The notes: a model not told the origin generated them from the letters alone. A DNA stretch of 64,000 nt from Theionarchaea archaeon (GCA_018992685.1 JACVGT010000025.1:27432-91431), one strand, 5' to 3'; positions 10,361 to 20,605 are shown, numbered from the stretch's first letter. Numbers and translations are program-made.

Positions 10361-11611
10361 ATGAGCAAAACCATGGCTGAGAAGATACTGGGAAGAGCCA
10401 GTAACCAGGACGTTACGTCAGGTGATATCATAGACGGTACGGTGGATCTGGCCATGTCTCATGAGAATACTGCTGCCATCTCTGGCAAGTTCAAGTCCAT
10501 AGGTGTTTCCAGAGTGTGGGACCCTGAAAAGATTGTGGTCCCCATTGATCATTGTGCACCCGCAGCAAACGAGGATTATGCCAAGAATCACAAGATTATC
10601 AGAGAATTTGTCAAGGAACAGAATATTACCAATTTCTATGATATAAAAGCAGGAGTCTGTCACCAGGTTCTCCCTGAAAAAGGACATGTGAAACCAGGCA
10701 TGCTAATTGTAGGTTCAGATTCTCATACGCCCACATACGGGGCATTTGGTGCCTTTGCCACTGGGATAGGGAGGACAGAGATGGCTGCTGTCTATGCCAC
10801 AGGGAAGATCTGGTTGAGAGTCCCTGAAAGCTTTAAGATAGTCATAGAGGGGAAGGTTCCAGACAAGGTATCGGCAAAGGATGTGATCCTTCATATCATT
10901 GGAAACCTGCGAGCAGATGGTGCAAACTACAAAGCTGTGGAATTTGTGGGAAATACGGTGGATACCATGACAGTGGGTGAGAGAATGGTCCTGTGCAACA
11001 TGTCTGCCGAAATGGGAGCCAAAGCAGGGATGGTTCCTTTCGATGATACTACCAGGACCTATCTGGACGAGAGAACAGACAGAATGTATACCGTGGTGAA
11101 CCCTGATCCAGATGCGGCCTACGAGCAAGTGGTCAACATTACAGTATCCAACCTGGAACCACAGGTGGCCTGCCCCCATGCTGTTGACAATGTGAGACCC
11201 ATCTCTGAAGTGGAAGGGACTCCCATCAACCAGGCAGTCCTTGGTACCTGCACGAATGGCAGAGTGGAGGACCTGGCAGAAGCTGCATCTCTCCTCAAGG
11301 GCAAGAAAATTGCTGACACCGTGAGGCTGATTGTAATTCCTGCTTCCACAGACGTCTACGAGGAAGCCGTACAGAACGGCACAATCCTGGACTTAATCAG
11401 GGCAGGTGCAGTTATCTGCAATCCGAATTGTGGCCCTTGCCTCGGCGCTCACCAGGGCGCCCTCGCTCCGGGCGAGGTATGCATCTCCTCGTCCAACCGC
11501 AACTTCAGAGGGAGAATGGGCTGTAAAGATGCTGAAATCTATCTTGCTTCTCCTGCCACTGTAGCAGCGTCTTCCCTCACTGGCAGAATTACTGATCCCC
11601 GAGGTGTATGA
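10361..11611 (+). CDS. leuC: 3-isopropylmalate dehydratase/homoaconitase large subunit
   Basis: IDH, GVCHQV, GSDSHT, GTCTNGR, CGPCLG, NRNFRGRMG; LeuC versus HacA cannot be resolved by eye. Confidence 0.85.
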   Translation: MSKTMAEKILGRASNQDVTSGDIIDGTVDLAMSHENTAAISGKFKSIGVSRVWDPEKIVVPIDHCAPAANEDYAKNHKIIREFVKEQNITNFYDIKAGVCHQVLPEKGHVKPGMLIVGSDSHTPTYGAFGAFATGIGRTEMAAVYATGKIWLRVPESFKIVIEGKVPDKVSAKDVILHIIGNLRADGANYKAVEFVGNTVDTMTVGERMVLCNMSAEMGAKAGMVPFDDTTRTYLDERTDRMYTVVNPDPDAAYEQVVNITVSNLEPQVACPHAVDNVRPISEVEGTPINQAVLGTCTNGRVEDLAEAASLLKGKKIADTVRLIVIPASTDVYEEAVQNGTILDLIRAGAVICNPNCGPCLGAHQGALAPGEVCISSSNRNFRGRMGCKDAEIYLASPATVAASSLTGRITDPRGV

Positions 11612-12112
11612 ATGAAAATGAAAGGCAGAGTATTCAAGTACGGAGATGATATCAATACTGATGTCATCTTTCCCGGGAAGTACACCTATACCATAACAGA
11701 CCCCAAAGAAATGGCAGAACATGCCCTGGAAGACCTGGATCCTACATTTGTCCAGAAAGTAAAGAAGGGAGATTGTATCGTCGCAGGAAAGTACTTTGGA
11801 TGCGGATCTTCGCGAGAACAGGCTGTGACCTGCGTGAAGGAGGCTGGAATTTCAGTAGTTATTGCAGAATCATTTGCCCGGATCTACTACCGGAACTGCA
11901 TCAACTCGGGGTTGCCCCCTCTGATACTGGAAGACACATCCTGCATCAGTGACGGAGATGAGCTGGAAATAGATGTAGAAATGGGAACTGTTACAGATGT
12001 AACGACAGGAGCAGAATTTACTGTCAATCCGCTCCCACCCTTCATCATGAAGATCATTCAAGATGGTGGGCTAATCCCGCATCTCAAGAAGGAGCTCCAC
12101 CATGGACGCTGA
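11612..12112 (+). CDS. leuD: 3-isopropylmalate dehydratase/homoaconitase small subunit
   Basis: DDINTDVIFPG, FGCGSSREQA, SFARIYYRNCIN. Confidence 0.85.
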   Translation: MKMKGRVFKYGDDINTDVIFPGKYTYTITDPKEMAEHALEDLDPTFVQKVKKGDCIVAGKYFGCGSSREQAVTCVKEAGISVVIAESFARIYYRNCINSGLPPLILEDTSCISDGDELEIDVEMGTVTDVTTGAEFTVNPLPPFIMKIIQDGGLIPHLKKELHHGR

Positions 12113-12878
12113 AGGGTTCTATGACGAGAGGGCCCCCTTTTACGATGGGGAGTATAAGACTCCCTTTTTTGATCTCTACCGGGCCATCACCTGGGACAAT
12201 ATCAGCAGGTTTCTTCCATCGAAGGGTGTCATACTGGATGCAGGAGGAGGAACGGGTGAATGGGCTCTTCCCCTGGCTGAGGCAGGATATGACGTTGTCC
12301 TGATCGACATTTCACGGGGAATGCTGAGACAGGCCAGGAGAAAGCTGGAAGAAAGGAATATCAAGAATGTCACTGTGGAAAGGGTGGATATGACTGACAT
12401 GGGGTGTTTTCAGGATAACACGTTTGACATGGTTCTGGCACAGGGTGATCCCCTTTCCTACTGTGGAAATGCGGAACATGCTGCGGCTGAGATTTACAGA
12501 GTGTTAAAAGAGGGACGACATTGCGTGGCATCAGTAGACTGTATGTACGGATTTGTTTTGCGATTGATTACATTGAAACAGTGGGATATCCTGCAGAGGC
12601 TGTTTGAAACAGAACGTGCTGCCTTTCAGACAGGGTTTGAGATTCGCTACTTCACTCCACAATCCCTTAACCACCTATTTGAAGGGGCAGGATTTGAGGT
12701 GGTGCGCATTCTCGGTAAACCCGTCTTCCTTTCTCTAGTTCCCCGGGAGAGAGCGCATGACCTGCTGCGAGACAAGAAGGTGTTTGACAGAGTTCTTGAA
12801 CTGGAACTGCAGTTCTGTGATGATCCAAACCTGGTGGGGTTTGCTGGGCATCTGGAGATTGTCGGAAAAAAAGTGTGA
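12102..12878 (+). CDS. Class I SAM-dependent methyltransferase
   Basis: ILDAGGGTG motif I, IDIS, FDMV; overlaps the leuD stop. Confidence 0.88.
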   Translation: MDAEGFYDERAPFYDGEYKTPFFDLYRAITWDNISRFLPSKGVILDAGGGTGEWALPLAEAGYDVVLIDISRGMLRQARRKLEERNIKNVTVERVDMTDMGCFQDNTFDMVLAQGDPLSYCGNAEHAAAEIYRVLKEGRHCVASVDCMYGFVLRLITLKQWDILQRLFETERAAFQTGFEIRYFTPQSLNHLFEGAGFEVVRILGKPVFLSLVPRERAHDLLRDKKVFDRVLELELQFCDDPNLVGFAGHLEIVGKKV

Positions 12879-12889
12879 GAAGATGAGAA

Positions 12890-13252
12890 TTACTTCTTGA
12901 GTGTGTATCGTTCCTTTTGGTTGAAGAAGGTCATGTCTTTGAATCCTTTCTTGATTCTTGCCCTGTGCAGAACGCCCTTGGGTATGTAATACGTGTCTCC
13001 CCTTGAGAAGATATGGGTTTCACCACCAATGGTAAGTTCTATTTCCCCGTCAAGGATAACACCCCATTGAGCTTCATGAGAATGTTCGGGAACGGCAACA
13101 TCCTCGGAAAATTCCATGAAAATGATCTGACTGGCTTCACCCTGGACCAGATATGAATGGAGACCTTCAATCGGGATATCTGCTTCTGGCAGTTCTGTAA
13201 TCATGTCGGGAAAGAAGTCTTCCTTCGTGGTATCGGCAGAGTTATTTTTCAT
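12890..13252 (-). CDS. Cupin-domain protein
   Basis: PEHSHEAQWGVILDGE...GDTYYIPKGVLH. Confidence 0.85.
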   Translation of the reverse strand: MKNNSADTTKEDFFPDMITELPEADIPIEGLHSYLVQGEASQIIFMEFSEDVAVPEHSHEAQWGVILDGEIELTIGGETHIFSRGDTYYIPKGVLHRARIKKGFKDMTFFNQKERYTLKK

Positions 13253-13366
13253 GGGGGGAAGTTTTTGGTAGTCTTATTAACGTTTTGGTGAGGTATGGGT
13301 AATGAACCAAAAACCATTTAAGTCGTGAGATACAACTAGAATTAACTGGCAGAAAGCAGGTGGAAT

Positions 13367-13498
13367 ATGGCTGAGGCTGAAGAACCTGAGCCTCCTGATA
13401 CGGCTGCAGGATGGCTGTCTCAGGAGGGATACAGAACTGCATGGCTCAACCTGATGATAGAAGAGTTGAAGCTAGAATGTTACGAGGGATTGCTGTGA
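13367..13498 (+). CDS. 43-aa small protein, translationally coupled to the next gene
   Basis: MAEAEEPEPPDTAAGWLSQEGYRTAWLNLMIEELKLECYEGLL; RBS-like GCAGGTGG upstream; its TGA overlaps the GTG of the next gene (GTGA). Confidence 0.5.
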   Translation: MAEAEEPEPPDTAAGWLSQEGYRTAWLNLMIEELKLECYEGLL

Positions 13499-14019
13499 AG
13501 GCTGGACAGTGGGAAGTCCTGGGCATTCTGTTCATCATTGTGGTGGGATCATGTCTGCATTTCCTCTTTGAGCTCTCAGGATCTCTTCCTGTGGTGGGGA
13601 TGGTTGGGGCTGTGAACGAGAGCGTGTGGGAGCACCTGAAGATTGGATTCTGGCCTGCAGTGTTTTTTGCGTTGATTGAATATTCCTTCCTGAAGTCAAA
13701 GGCGAATTTCTGGATGGCAAAAGCCACATCCGCATATGTCATACCTGTCACCATAATCGTCCTGTTCTACGTGTATACGACCATACTGGGGTACAATACG
13801 CTGGCTCTTGATATCACGGTGTTTATTGTAGCTGTCATAGTGGGCCAGGCTGCCAGCTACCGAGTGTTGACGTACAGAGACCTCTCTGCACAGTTGAAAT
13901 GGGCTGGCATCGCTGCACTGCTGGTCCTGGCTGCGCTGTTCATGGTTTTCACATTTTATCCGCCGCATGTTGGACTGTTCCAAGATCCAGTGACAGGCGG
14001 GTACGGCATCGTATCATAA
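13495..14019 (+). CDS. Membrane protein, DUF6512-like
   Basis: GSCLHFLFE, VNESVWEHLKI, FTFYPP motifs; about 5 TM segments; start placed at GTG 13495. Confidence 0.75.
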   Translation: MKAGQWEVLGILFIIVVGSCLHFLFELSGSLPVVGMVGAVNESVWEHLKIGFWPAVFFALIEYSFLKSKANFWMAKATSAYVIPVTIIVLFYVYTTILGYNTLALDITVFIVAVIVGQAASYRVLTYRDLSAQLKWAGIAALLVLAALFMVFTFYPPHVGLFQDPVTGGYGIVS

Positions 14020-14040
14020 GTGAGGTAGGCATCCAGCAGA

Positions 14041-15870
14041 TCATGACAAAGAGAGAAGGTATAAGACTCCACTGGGAGTTACCACCAAAAGATACCCTTC
14101 TGAACTGGTCACTGAAAGGGAGATCTTGTCAGGAAAAATCTCTAGCTCATTCTGCGCCATGAAATACCACGTGATAAAGCCAGTTTCTGCACTTAAACAG
14201 TATATGTATCCATCGTCTGCCGATACACAGATGTTCTCTTTATATTCATGAAAAGACGTCACCGTGGTCCCTCTCACCTCACGAATCCACAGCTCTTCGC
14301 CTGTCTCTACATCGAGGGCCTGGATTATGCCTGCTTCTCTGATGAGGAACACTCTCTGTTCACTCAGGATCATCCTGGAGATGGGATAGTCATTTCTCTC
14401 TAGAGTATGTTCCCACGTTCTCACACCATCTGTATGCACCATGAGGACTGATTGGATTCCGGATTCGTCCTTGAGTACCAGGACGATCCTGTCCCCAAGA
14501 ATGCTCATGGACTCGACAGGTTGTGAGGGCTGGAAAAGATCGGTTTCTGCCATCTGTTCCAGCGCTACTTTGGTGAGTGTCCCTTCCTCATTGAAGAAGT
14601 ACAGGGTACCCTGGGAGTAAAAGGGATGCTGGACTGTGTGCAGAGGTCTCCCCCAGAGTGGTTCCACTGTGGCAATATCCAGGACGATGTAGTGGGGTTG
14701 AGATAGGTCCTGCAGGTAGGCAAAGAGTATCGTGTCATTGTACACTGTTTCATTCCAGGTATCAGATGCTATCTCCCAGAGAACATCACCATGTTCCTTT
14801 TCCAGGCAGACAATGCCCCCCGTGAGGGCAATCACCTTGTCGTCCACGAGCGTTACCGGAATATAGTCAGTAACAGGTGGTATCTTGTACGCCCACCGTA
14901 TGTCCCCGGTATCTGTGTCAATACTGTAGATATGAGAATCAGGAGCGCCAACGTACAGGGTGTTATCGGAGACAGCAATCTTCTGGTCTTGAACAGGCAG
15001 ATATGGCTGCTGTACAACCTCAAAGGGGATGGTATACAATTGAGCTCTTGATTGGGCGTCAATACATTCGATTCTGTCAGCAAAGGGAAGGAATACTTTC
15101 TGATTATAGTAGACAGGCGTGCATACGGGAATTTCTGGAAGGGTCAGCAACCACTGGAGATGGGTCTTTCCGAGGAGTTCTTCTGCGGGAGGGGGGGTAT
15201 TGGCCGAAGGAAAGTCAAGGCTGATTCCTTTTTCTTGGGTGGAGACAGGAACTCGAGCAGGATAACATCCCCAGGTCGCTACTTTCTGGTATGGCGCCCA
15301 CTGGTCCCTGTCCAGCGTAGTGAGGATTTTGAACAGGGTACTGGGGATCATTCCATTGTACTGGACGTAGTTGGAGCCTTCATAGCTGACATTCCACGGA
15401 ATGAAGCAGTAGTAGCTTGATTCGGATTCTGCTCGTACAGTCCTCCCATTGAGAAGCGTTATTTCAAGTGTAAAGTGGAGGCCGGAGTCACGGCGCGAAT
15501 AGGCGTTGTATGATTTCTGATAACCAACTTTGTAGAGGTCTGCAAAGCTTTCTGATACTTCTCTGATTAATTCCGGATCTACATGGTCTCCAGTACTGGC
15601 AAAGTAATCATCGCCAATTTTCTGTATTCTGTAGAAGTTGTAGGCAAGGACAGAACTTGTCGTGTTGTCAGGATTTCCCGTGTTGTTCGAAATGATATCG
15701 GAAGTCGCTACAGCAGTATAGGTGATGTCAATGGCTGCTATGGACTGAACAGGAGAGGATACTGTGAAAGAGTCAGATTCATGAGGAAGGTACCACTGGA
15801 CAGCCATGATGCCTCCTATCACGATTATTATCAGTAACAGGGAACCACTCTTTCTGAGGGTAGACGTCAC
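14041..15870 (-). CDS. Membrane-anchored PQQ-like (BamB-type) beta-propeller protein with an extra N-terminal domain
   Basis: N-terminal TM; repeats of the form A/C-L-D-x-x-T-G-x-x-x-W. Confidence 0.8.
   Translation of the reverse strand: MTSTLRKSGSLLLIIIVIGGIMAVQWYLPHESDSFTVSSPVQSIAAIDITYTAVATSDIISNNTGNPDNTTSSVLAYNFYRIQKIGDDYFASTGDHVDPELIREVSESFADLYKVGYQKSYNAYSRRDSGLHFTLEITLLNGRTVRAESESSYYCFIPWNVSYEGSNYVQYNGMIPSTLFKILTTLDRDQWAPYQKVATWGCYPARVPVSTQEKGISLDFPSANTPPPAEELLGKTHLQWLLTLPEIPVCTPVYYNQKVFLPFADRIECIDAQSRAQLYTIPFEVVQQPYLPVQDQKIAVSDNTLYVGAPDSHIYSIDTDTGDIRWAYKIPPVTDYIPVTLVDDKVIALTGGIVCLEKEHGDVLWEIASDTWNETVYNDTILFAYLQDLSQPHYIVLDIATVEPLWGRPLHTVQHPFYSQGTLYFFNEEGTLTKVALEQMAETDLFQPSQPVESMSILGDRIVLVLKDESGIQSVLMVHTDGVRTWEHTLERNDYPISRMILSEQRVFLIREAGIIQALDVETGEELWIREVRGTTVTSFHEYKENICVSADDGYIYCLSAETGFITWYFMAQNELEIFPDKISLSVTSSEGYLLVVTPSGVLYLLSLS
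15419..15573. repeat. 155-bp direct repeat A, copy 1 (inside the propeller gene)
   Basis: Matches 18840-18994 with two substitutions seen by eye. Confidence 0.9.
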
Positions 15871-16029
15871 ATGTGATTCTTGGAATACCCCTTTTTAAGA
15901 ATTCCTGCAAAAGGCGTTGCCGTGGAGAGATCTCGTAAGAATCGTGCAGAGCCCTATGGTTTTTTCAGGAGACGAGAGATGTGATGGAATCCCATTCTCA
16001 CTCTTCATTTGTTGGGTATCGGACGGGGG

Positions 16030-16119
16030 ATTTCTCACTAGGCCGGAGGCATTCTTGCTGGACCGGATCCCTCTTGTGCCAGTTCCGAAAGATCTACAGT
16101 TTTTTGCCAATGTGATTGC
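16030..16119 (-). pseudogene. Doubly frameshifted fragment of the ASGLVRD heptad-repeat gene
   Basis: With two frameshifts it reads AITLAK/TVDLSELAQEGSGPAR/NASGLVRN, aligning to VITLAETADPSALVQDVSSLVKDASGLVRD of 29239-29895. Confidence 0.75.
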
Positions 16120-16308
16120 CTGGATAGATGATTAAGGTGTAAAGAAATCCCAGTCACCATCCACTTCTCAGCCAAATCCTTATAACCTTTGTGATGTGAT
16201 CCAGACATGAGGAAGATGACTAAACCAACAGGCGATTCACTAAAGAATAAAGATAATTCCAGAAAACTCAACATTCGAAAGGAAAAATCCCACAAGGACC
16301 CACATTCA

Positions 16309-17385
16309 ATGAGAAATCCTCTGAATCCTTTCTGGGTACTTGTTCTTGCTGCAACCTGTGCTCTTGCAGGCTGTATGTCACAGGATGTGGGAATAGAAGA
16401 GAATACCGCCATGGTAGACTACGTTGTTGATGAGGACTGGAGAGTCGCATCACCTGAAGCTCTGGGGCTGGACGGAACTCAGCTGGCACTACTCATTGAC
16501 TCTCTGGAAGGGCTCCCCATATCAAGCATCCTCATTGTGAAGGATGGGTATCTTATTGTGGAGGAATATTCCAATGGGTATGATAGATCCTGCCAGCATT
16601 TTATTGAATCGTGCACCCAGGGTATCATGTCGGCTCTCATAGGAATTGCTCGTGATAAGGGGTACATTGATAGCGTTGACCAGAAGATAGTGGATTTCTT
16701 CCCTGAACTTGAAAGTGACAGTGAGTGGAAAAAGGACATTACCGTTGAACACCTTTTAACCATGAGTTCGGGATTGGATCAGGGAGCTTGGCATCCTGGG
16801 CGCCCAATATTTGCACTGGCTCCTGACTGGATAGCCCATATTCTCTCCGGGGGGGCTGTGACAAAACCCGGAACTTCCTTTGATTATTATCCAGGCAATG
16901 CCCATATTCTGTCTGCTCTCCTGCAGAGAGCAACTAAGGAAGATACACGCTCTTTTGCTCTAAGATACTTATTCGAGCCTTTGGGCATCTCAGAAAAGGA
17001 TATCGAATGGGAAAAAGATCCTCAAGGTGTCTTCTCAGGCAGTTGGGGGCTGTACATGAGACCGAGGGACATGGCAAAGGTTGGTTTTCTATATCTTGAA
17101 AAAGGAGCATGGAACGGAGCCCAGATAATCCCAGAAGCGTGGATAGAGAAATCAGTAACTCCCTCCTTCAAGGGAATATCTATTGGAGGCCTTGCTGCAG
17201 ACTATGGCTATCTCTGGTGGATAGAGGAAAAGGACTCCGCACCAGGATACTTTGCACTGGGAACCAAAGGACAGTGCATCTATGTCAATTCAGAATTGAA
17301 CCTCGTCATTGTGATTACCGGGAGTTTTCTGGACACCACTGCACCTTTAAAGATGATAAATGACGTGGTCTTGATATTGAAGTGA
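16309..17385 (+). CDS. Lipoprotein of the serine hydrolase/class C beta-lactamase fold
   Basis: Lipobox LAGC; ITVEHLLTMSSG, PGTSFDY, RPRDMAKVG, YGYLWW; the SxxK motif reads SCTQ. Confidence 0.85.
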   Translation: MRNPLNPFWVLVLAATCALAGCMSQDVGIEENTAMVDYVVDEDWRVASPEALGLDGTQLALLIDSLEGLPISSILIVKDGYLIVEEYSNGYDRSCQHFIESCTQGIMSALIGIARDKGYIDSVDQKIVDFFPELESDSEWKKDITVEHLLTMSSGLDQGAWHPGRPIFALAPDWIAHILSGGAVTKPGTSFDYYPGNAHILSALLQRATKEDTRSFALRYLFEPLGISEKDIEWEKDPQGVFSGSWGLYMRPRDMAKVGFLYLEKGAWNGAQIIPEAWIEKSVTPSFKGISIGGLAADYGYLWWIEEKDSAPGYFALGTKGQCIYVNSELNLVIVITGSFLDTTAPLKMINDVVLILK

Positions 17386-17478
17386 TAATGAATGATCAGT
17401 TCGGAGACAATCGAATTCAGTTTTTTGGTTCAACATCAAGTGGGGGTTTTGAATGAACTGTGTTAATTCCTAAATGCA

Positions 17479-17661
17479 TCAGATCTCTTCAGGAATAGAG
17501 AGAGGGCCGCAAGGGTACGGCCACCCGGGAGGAATGGGTGGCCACCCGGGAGGAATGGGTGACCCATTCAGAAGTCCCAATCCATCAAGGTTGCCTGCAC
17601 CAATAGTATATCTAGAAATAAGATAAATTATTGACAGTTCAAAAGACGAATTTACTTCCAA
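17479..17661 (-). CDS. Small Pro/Gly/Trp-rich peptide ORF, possibly a fragment
   Basis: C-terminus GSPIPPGWPPIPPGWPYPCGPLSIPEEI; start overlaps the end of the upstream ORF. Confidence 0.35.
   Translation of the reverse strand: MEVNSSFELSIIYLISRYTIGAGNLDGLGLLNGSPIPPGWPPIPPGWPYPCGPLSIPEEI
17519..17560. repeat. Perfect 21-bp tandem duplication
   Basis: GGCCACCCGGGAGGAATGGGT twice. Confidence 0.95.
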
Positions 17662-18134
17662 TTTGCAGATGCTTCTACGATGTGTTCAGCAATCTTTTCA
17701 ATAGATGAAAATAGCATCTGATCAGGAAGTTTGCTATCCCCTAGGTATATATGGTTTCCCCTTATTTCTATGTGGGGTGCCTTTGCTCTTCTCAGCATAT
17801 CAGCTAATTCACTATCTTGATTTAGTCTCTCAGCAAACTCTCCTCCTTGCCATTCATAGTCTATAATCTTTTCGGAAAATAGACCAATTAAGAAAATAAT
17901 GCCTCCTAAAAACCCAGATATAAAAGAAGATTCAAATAAGAAAAATAAAAATAAGGCTATTCCTAAGCCAAATATAACTATTTCTGTTCTTTTAACTTTA
18001 ACTGGTGCACCATAAGATTCAATTTGAGAAACTAGTAGAATATTTACTATGAAGTCAAAATGATATTTTGAATAAAATCTTAGTTCATCCCTACGAATAT
18101 TGGATGATCCATATGAAGATTCAAAGGGACTCAT
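17652..18134 (-). CDS. Hypothetical membrane protein (2 TM), low GC
   Basis: 160-aa ORF, RBS-like AGGAG upstream, central hydrophobic hairpin. Confidence 0.65.
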   Translation of the reverse strand: MSPFESSYGSSNIRRDELRFYSKYHFDFIVNILLVSQIESYGAPVKVKRTEIVIFGLGIALFLFFLFESSFISGFLGGIIFLIGLFSEKIIDYEWQGGEFAERLNQDSELADMLRRAKAPHIEIRGNHIYLGDSKLPDQMLFSSIEKIAEHIVEASANWK

Positions 18135-18237
18135 GGTATCGCTCCTAGTTTTTTATCATCTTGCTCGCGGTGTTATTCATCAATGCAACGAAAGGTTTCT
18201 ATTACTCTAAGGCCTTCTTGTTTTAGTAAGTGGATTA

Positions 18238-18810
18238 TTATACGCATTCAATCGTGGCGTATCCACTTTCGGTTACCTTGATTGAGTGGATGTAACTGTT
18301 TTTTAGCTTGAGGATTCCCAGCTCTCTTCTCCAATATGCGATCCTCCTAGGACCAGGTAAAGATATCTCTAAATCAACCTGGGTAGGCTTAGTGAACCCA
18401 ACGTATAACCCCAAATTTCTTAATAATTCGACAAATTTCGTAAGGCTTTTATCTAATTGTTGTTCTATTATGTGCCCTTGGTGTTGTGAAATAATAAGAA
18501 TACTATAGTACAATTTCAATGCACCGAGAACATCATCAAAACATGAATGAAGCTTTAATGTATTATGGTTCTCCTTTTCATCTGAATACTCTATAATACA
18601 GGTATCTCTCTTACCAACTCGAGAATCCTCAGGATTCCGGAAATAGTTACACTTACAGATTGCAGCATATGGTATAAATATATCACTCAAGAGCCATCGA
18701 GGAATATATACGCCTTCATGTGTAAGATAGACTTTTCTATTTAGAAGCCATGTACGAACCTTATACCATTCGATAGTTTCTTCTTTCAAATCCCAACTCA
18801 TAATAATCAT
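18238..18810 (-). CDS. Hypothetical protein, low GC
   Basis: 190-aa ORF with no recognised motif. Confidence 0.6.
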   Translation of the reverse strand: MIIMSWDLKEETIEWYKVRTWLLNRKVYLTHEGVYIPRWLLSDIFIPYAAICKCNYFRNPEDSRVGKRDTCIIEYSDEKENHNTLKLHSCFDDVLGALKLYYSILIISQHQGHIIEQQLDKSLTKFVELLRNLGLYVGFTKPTQVDLEISLPGPRRIAYWRRELGILKLKNSYIHSIKVTESGYATIECV

Positions 18811-18839
18811 ATACCCCTACATTACTTATATCTTTTTCC

Positions 18840-18994
18840 GATTCGGATTCTGCTCGTACAGTCCCCCCATTGAGAAGCGTTATTTCAAGTGTAAAGTGGA
18901 GGCCGGAGTCACGGCGCGAATAGGCGTTGTATGATTTCTGATAACCAACTTTATAGAGGTCTGCAAAGCTTTCTGATACTTCTCTGATTAATTC
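18840..18994. repeat. 155-bp direct repeat A, copy 2 (intergenic orphan fragment)
   Basis: Near-identical to 15419-15573. Confidence 0.9.
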
Positions 18995-19080
18995 TGGTAT
19001 TCTTGATCGTGAAGTTTCCTGTCAATTGCTTTTCTAGTTTTTCTTTAAATGTCTTGACAAAATCGCAAAATCGAAGTGAA

Positions 19081-20124
19081 TTACAATTGAAAACCTAGGA
19101 TATTAGTTGGGAAAAGGAAGTTTGCTACATAAACATTTAGAGCATAACCACATGTACATCCGGGGCATTTTTTCACGAACATCTGCTGAGCCCTTCTCTT
19201 GTATTCATCGGACCGAAGGATATTTCTCAATTTGGTTTTTCTGAGATTACCTATCGGATTCAAAACCCAACATCCCGAATAAACTTCTCCTCTTGAGCTG
19301 AGATATACTGATAGGTAACCATGGGCGCACAGAAATTCTTTAGGAGTACCTTTACAATATGCTCTGACATATTCCAGGGCATTGCTGTCTTCGCTGATGA
19401 TCCAAGGAGTTTCTTTTTTCATCGTTTCAATATGGTCTAATGTCTTATCAACAACTTGTTTATTATCGATTGACAATGCTGACATCTCAACTCCCCGAAA
19501 TTCATATGGATTCTTATCGAGTAAATTTATTCTAAATGATATACCCAGATCCCTGCACACCTCTAGGAGCATAGGAACCTCTTCAATACTGTACTTGGTT
19601 AATGTTGTTGAAATCCTTACATTTATTTTCTTTTTAAGAGTTTTCGCTAACAGGGTTATGGCTTTAATGCCCAACAGTGAAGCATCATAGGCATACGGAA
19701 TTCCTCTAATGATGTTGTTTGTTTTTCCTATACCATCAACTGAAATTGATATGTCTGTAATGCCGCTTTTAACAAGTTCTTCAGCTCTATTACATAGCAA
19801 GAGACCATTAGTTTGGATTGCTACCTCTTTGAATCCAAGATTCCGTGCTTCCTTTATCAAAAGGGTGGCGTCTTCCCTCAAAAGAGGTTCACCACCAGTA
19901 AATTTAATAACTCGTATCCCCACATCTCTCATTTGATTCATGATATTCTGAAGTTCCTCAGTACTCAATTCATTTGTGTGTTTTGTTTTCCATGTATTGC
20001 ATGTGATGCAATGACCATTACAATTTTCAGTGATTTTTATTTTTGCAGCATACGGGTGAATGGGAATTACTCCTAGCAGTTTATTGAAGTATTGGCTAAA
20101 GTAGAGCAATGACCTAACAACCAT
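19081..20124 (-). CDS. Radical SAM protein with SPASM/twitch domain
   Basis: CNGHCITC, TGGEPLLR, IQTNG, SISVDG, C-terminal CAHG...GEVYSGC...IGNL...CPGCTC. Confidence 0.9.
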   Translation of the reverse strand: MVVRSLLYFSQYFNKLLGVIPIHPYAAKIKITENCNGHCITCNTWKTKHTNELSTEELQNIMNQMRDVGIRVIKFTGGEPLLREDATLLIKEARNLGFKEVAIQTNGLLLCNRAEELVKSGITDISISVDGIGKTNNIIRGIPYAYDASLLGIKAITLLAKTLKKKINVRISTTLTKYSIEEVPMLLEVCRDLGISFRINLLDKNPYEFRGVEMSALSIDNKQVVDKTLDHIETMKKETPWIISEDSNALEYVRAYCKGTPKEFLCAHGYLSVYLSSRGEVYSGCWVLNPIGNLRKTKLRNILRSDEYKRRAQQMFVKKCPGCTCGYALNVYVANFLFPTNILGFQL

Positions 20125-20605
20125 CGTTGTATAATGAATTCTATACCTATATACTTTTCCATGTTCGCAAATATTAGCAAGGATTACAGAATCGTAAGAC
20201 TCTAGGAAATTCTAGTAAAACAATTCATTTTCATGATTTCCTGCCAAAATCTTTCGAAAATGTCACTATTTTCAAAAAAGGTAAAAGGAAATATCTCTGG
20301 CAATTTATGTACACAGGATAACGAGTGAAATAAGTAGGATTACATCTCCGGAGACTATCAATAGTCTCGTGAGCCTTTGCTTCTATAGGTAGAGCATTGA
20401 ACCTAGTCGGAAATAGTGCTGACCATTCACCTTGGCAAAATAGCTGAGGAGTACTAAAATATCAATATTGTTTTCTTCTTGATTATCAATATTGCCAATC
20501 CAGCGAAGAATATTTAAAACTAGAAGATCAGTTTCCTTTTAAGTAAAGAGTGCTTAGATAGAAGTACAAGTTGCCGCAGGAGATGATAGACTGCAGAAAA
20601 AAGCT

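Noticed and set aside
15419-18994. Repeat A as a DGR template/variable pair
   Set aside because: Only two mismatches, not consistently at adenines of one copy; no reverse transcriptase in the window; the repeat is not at a C-terminus
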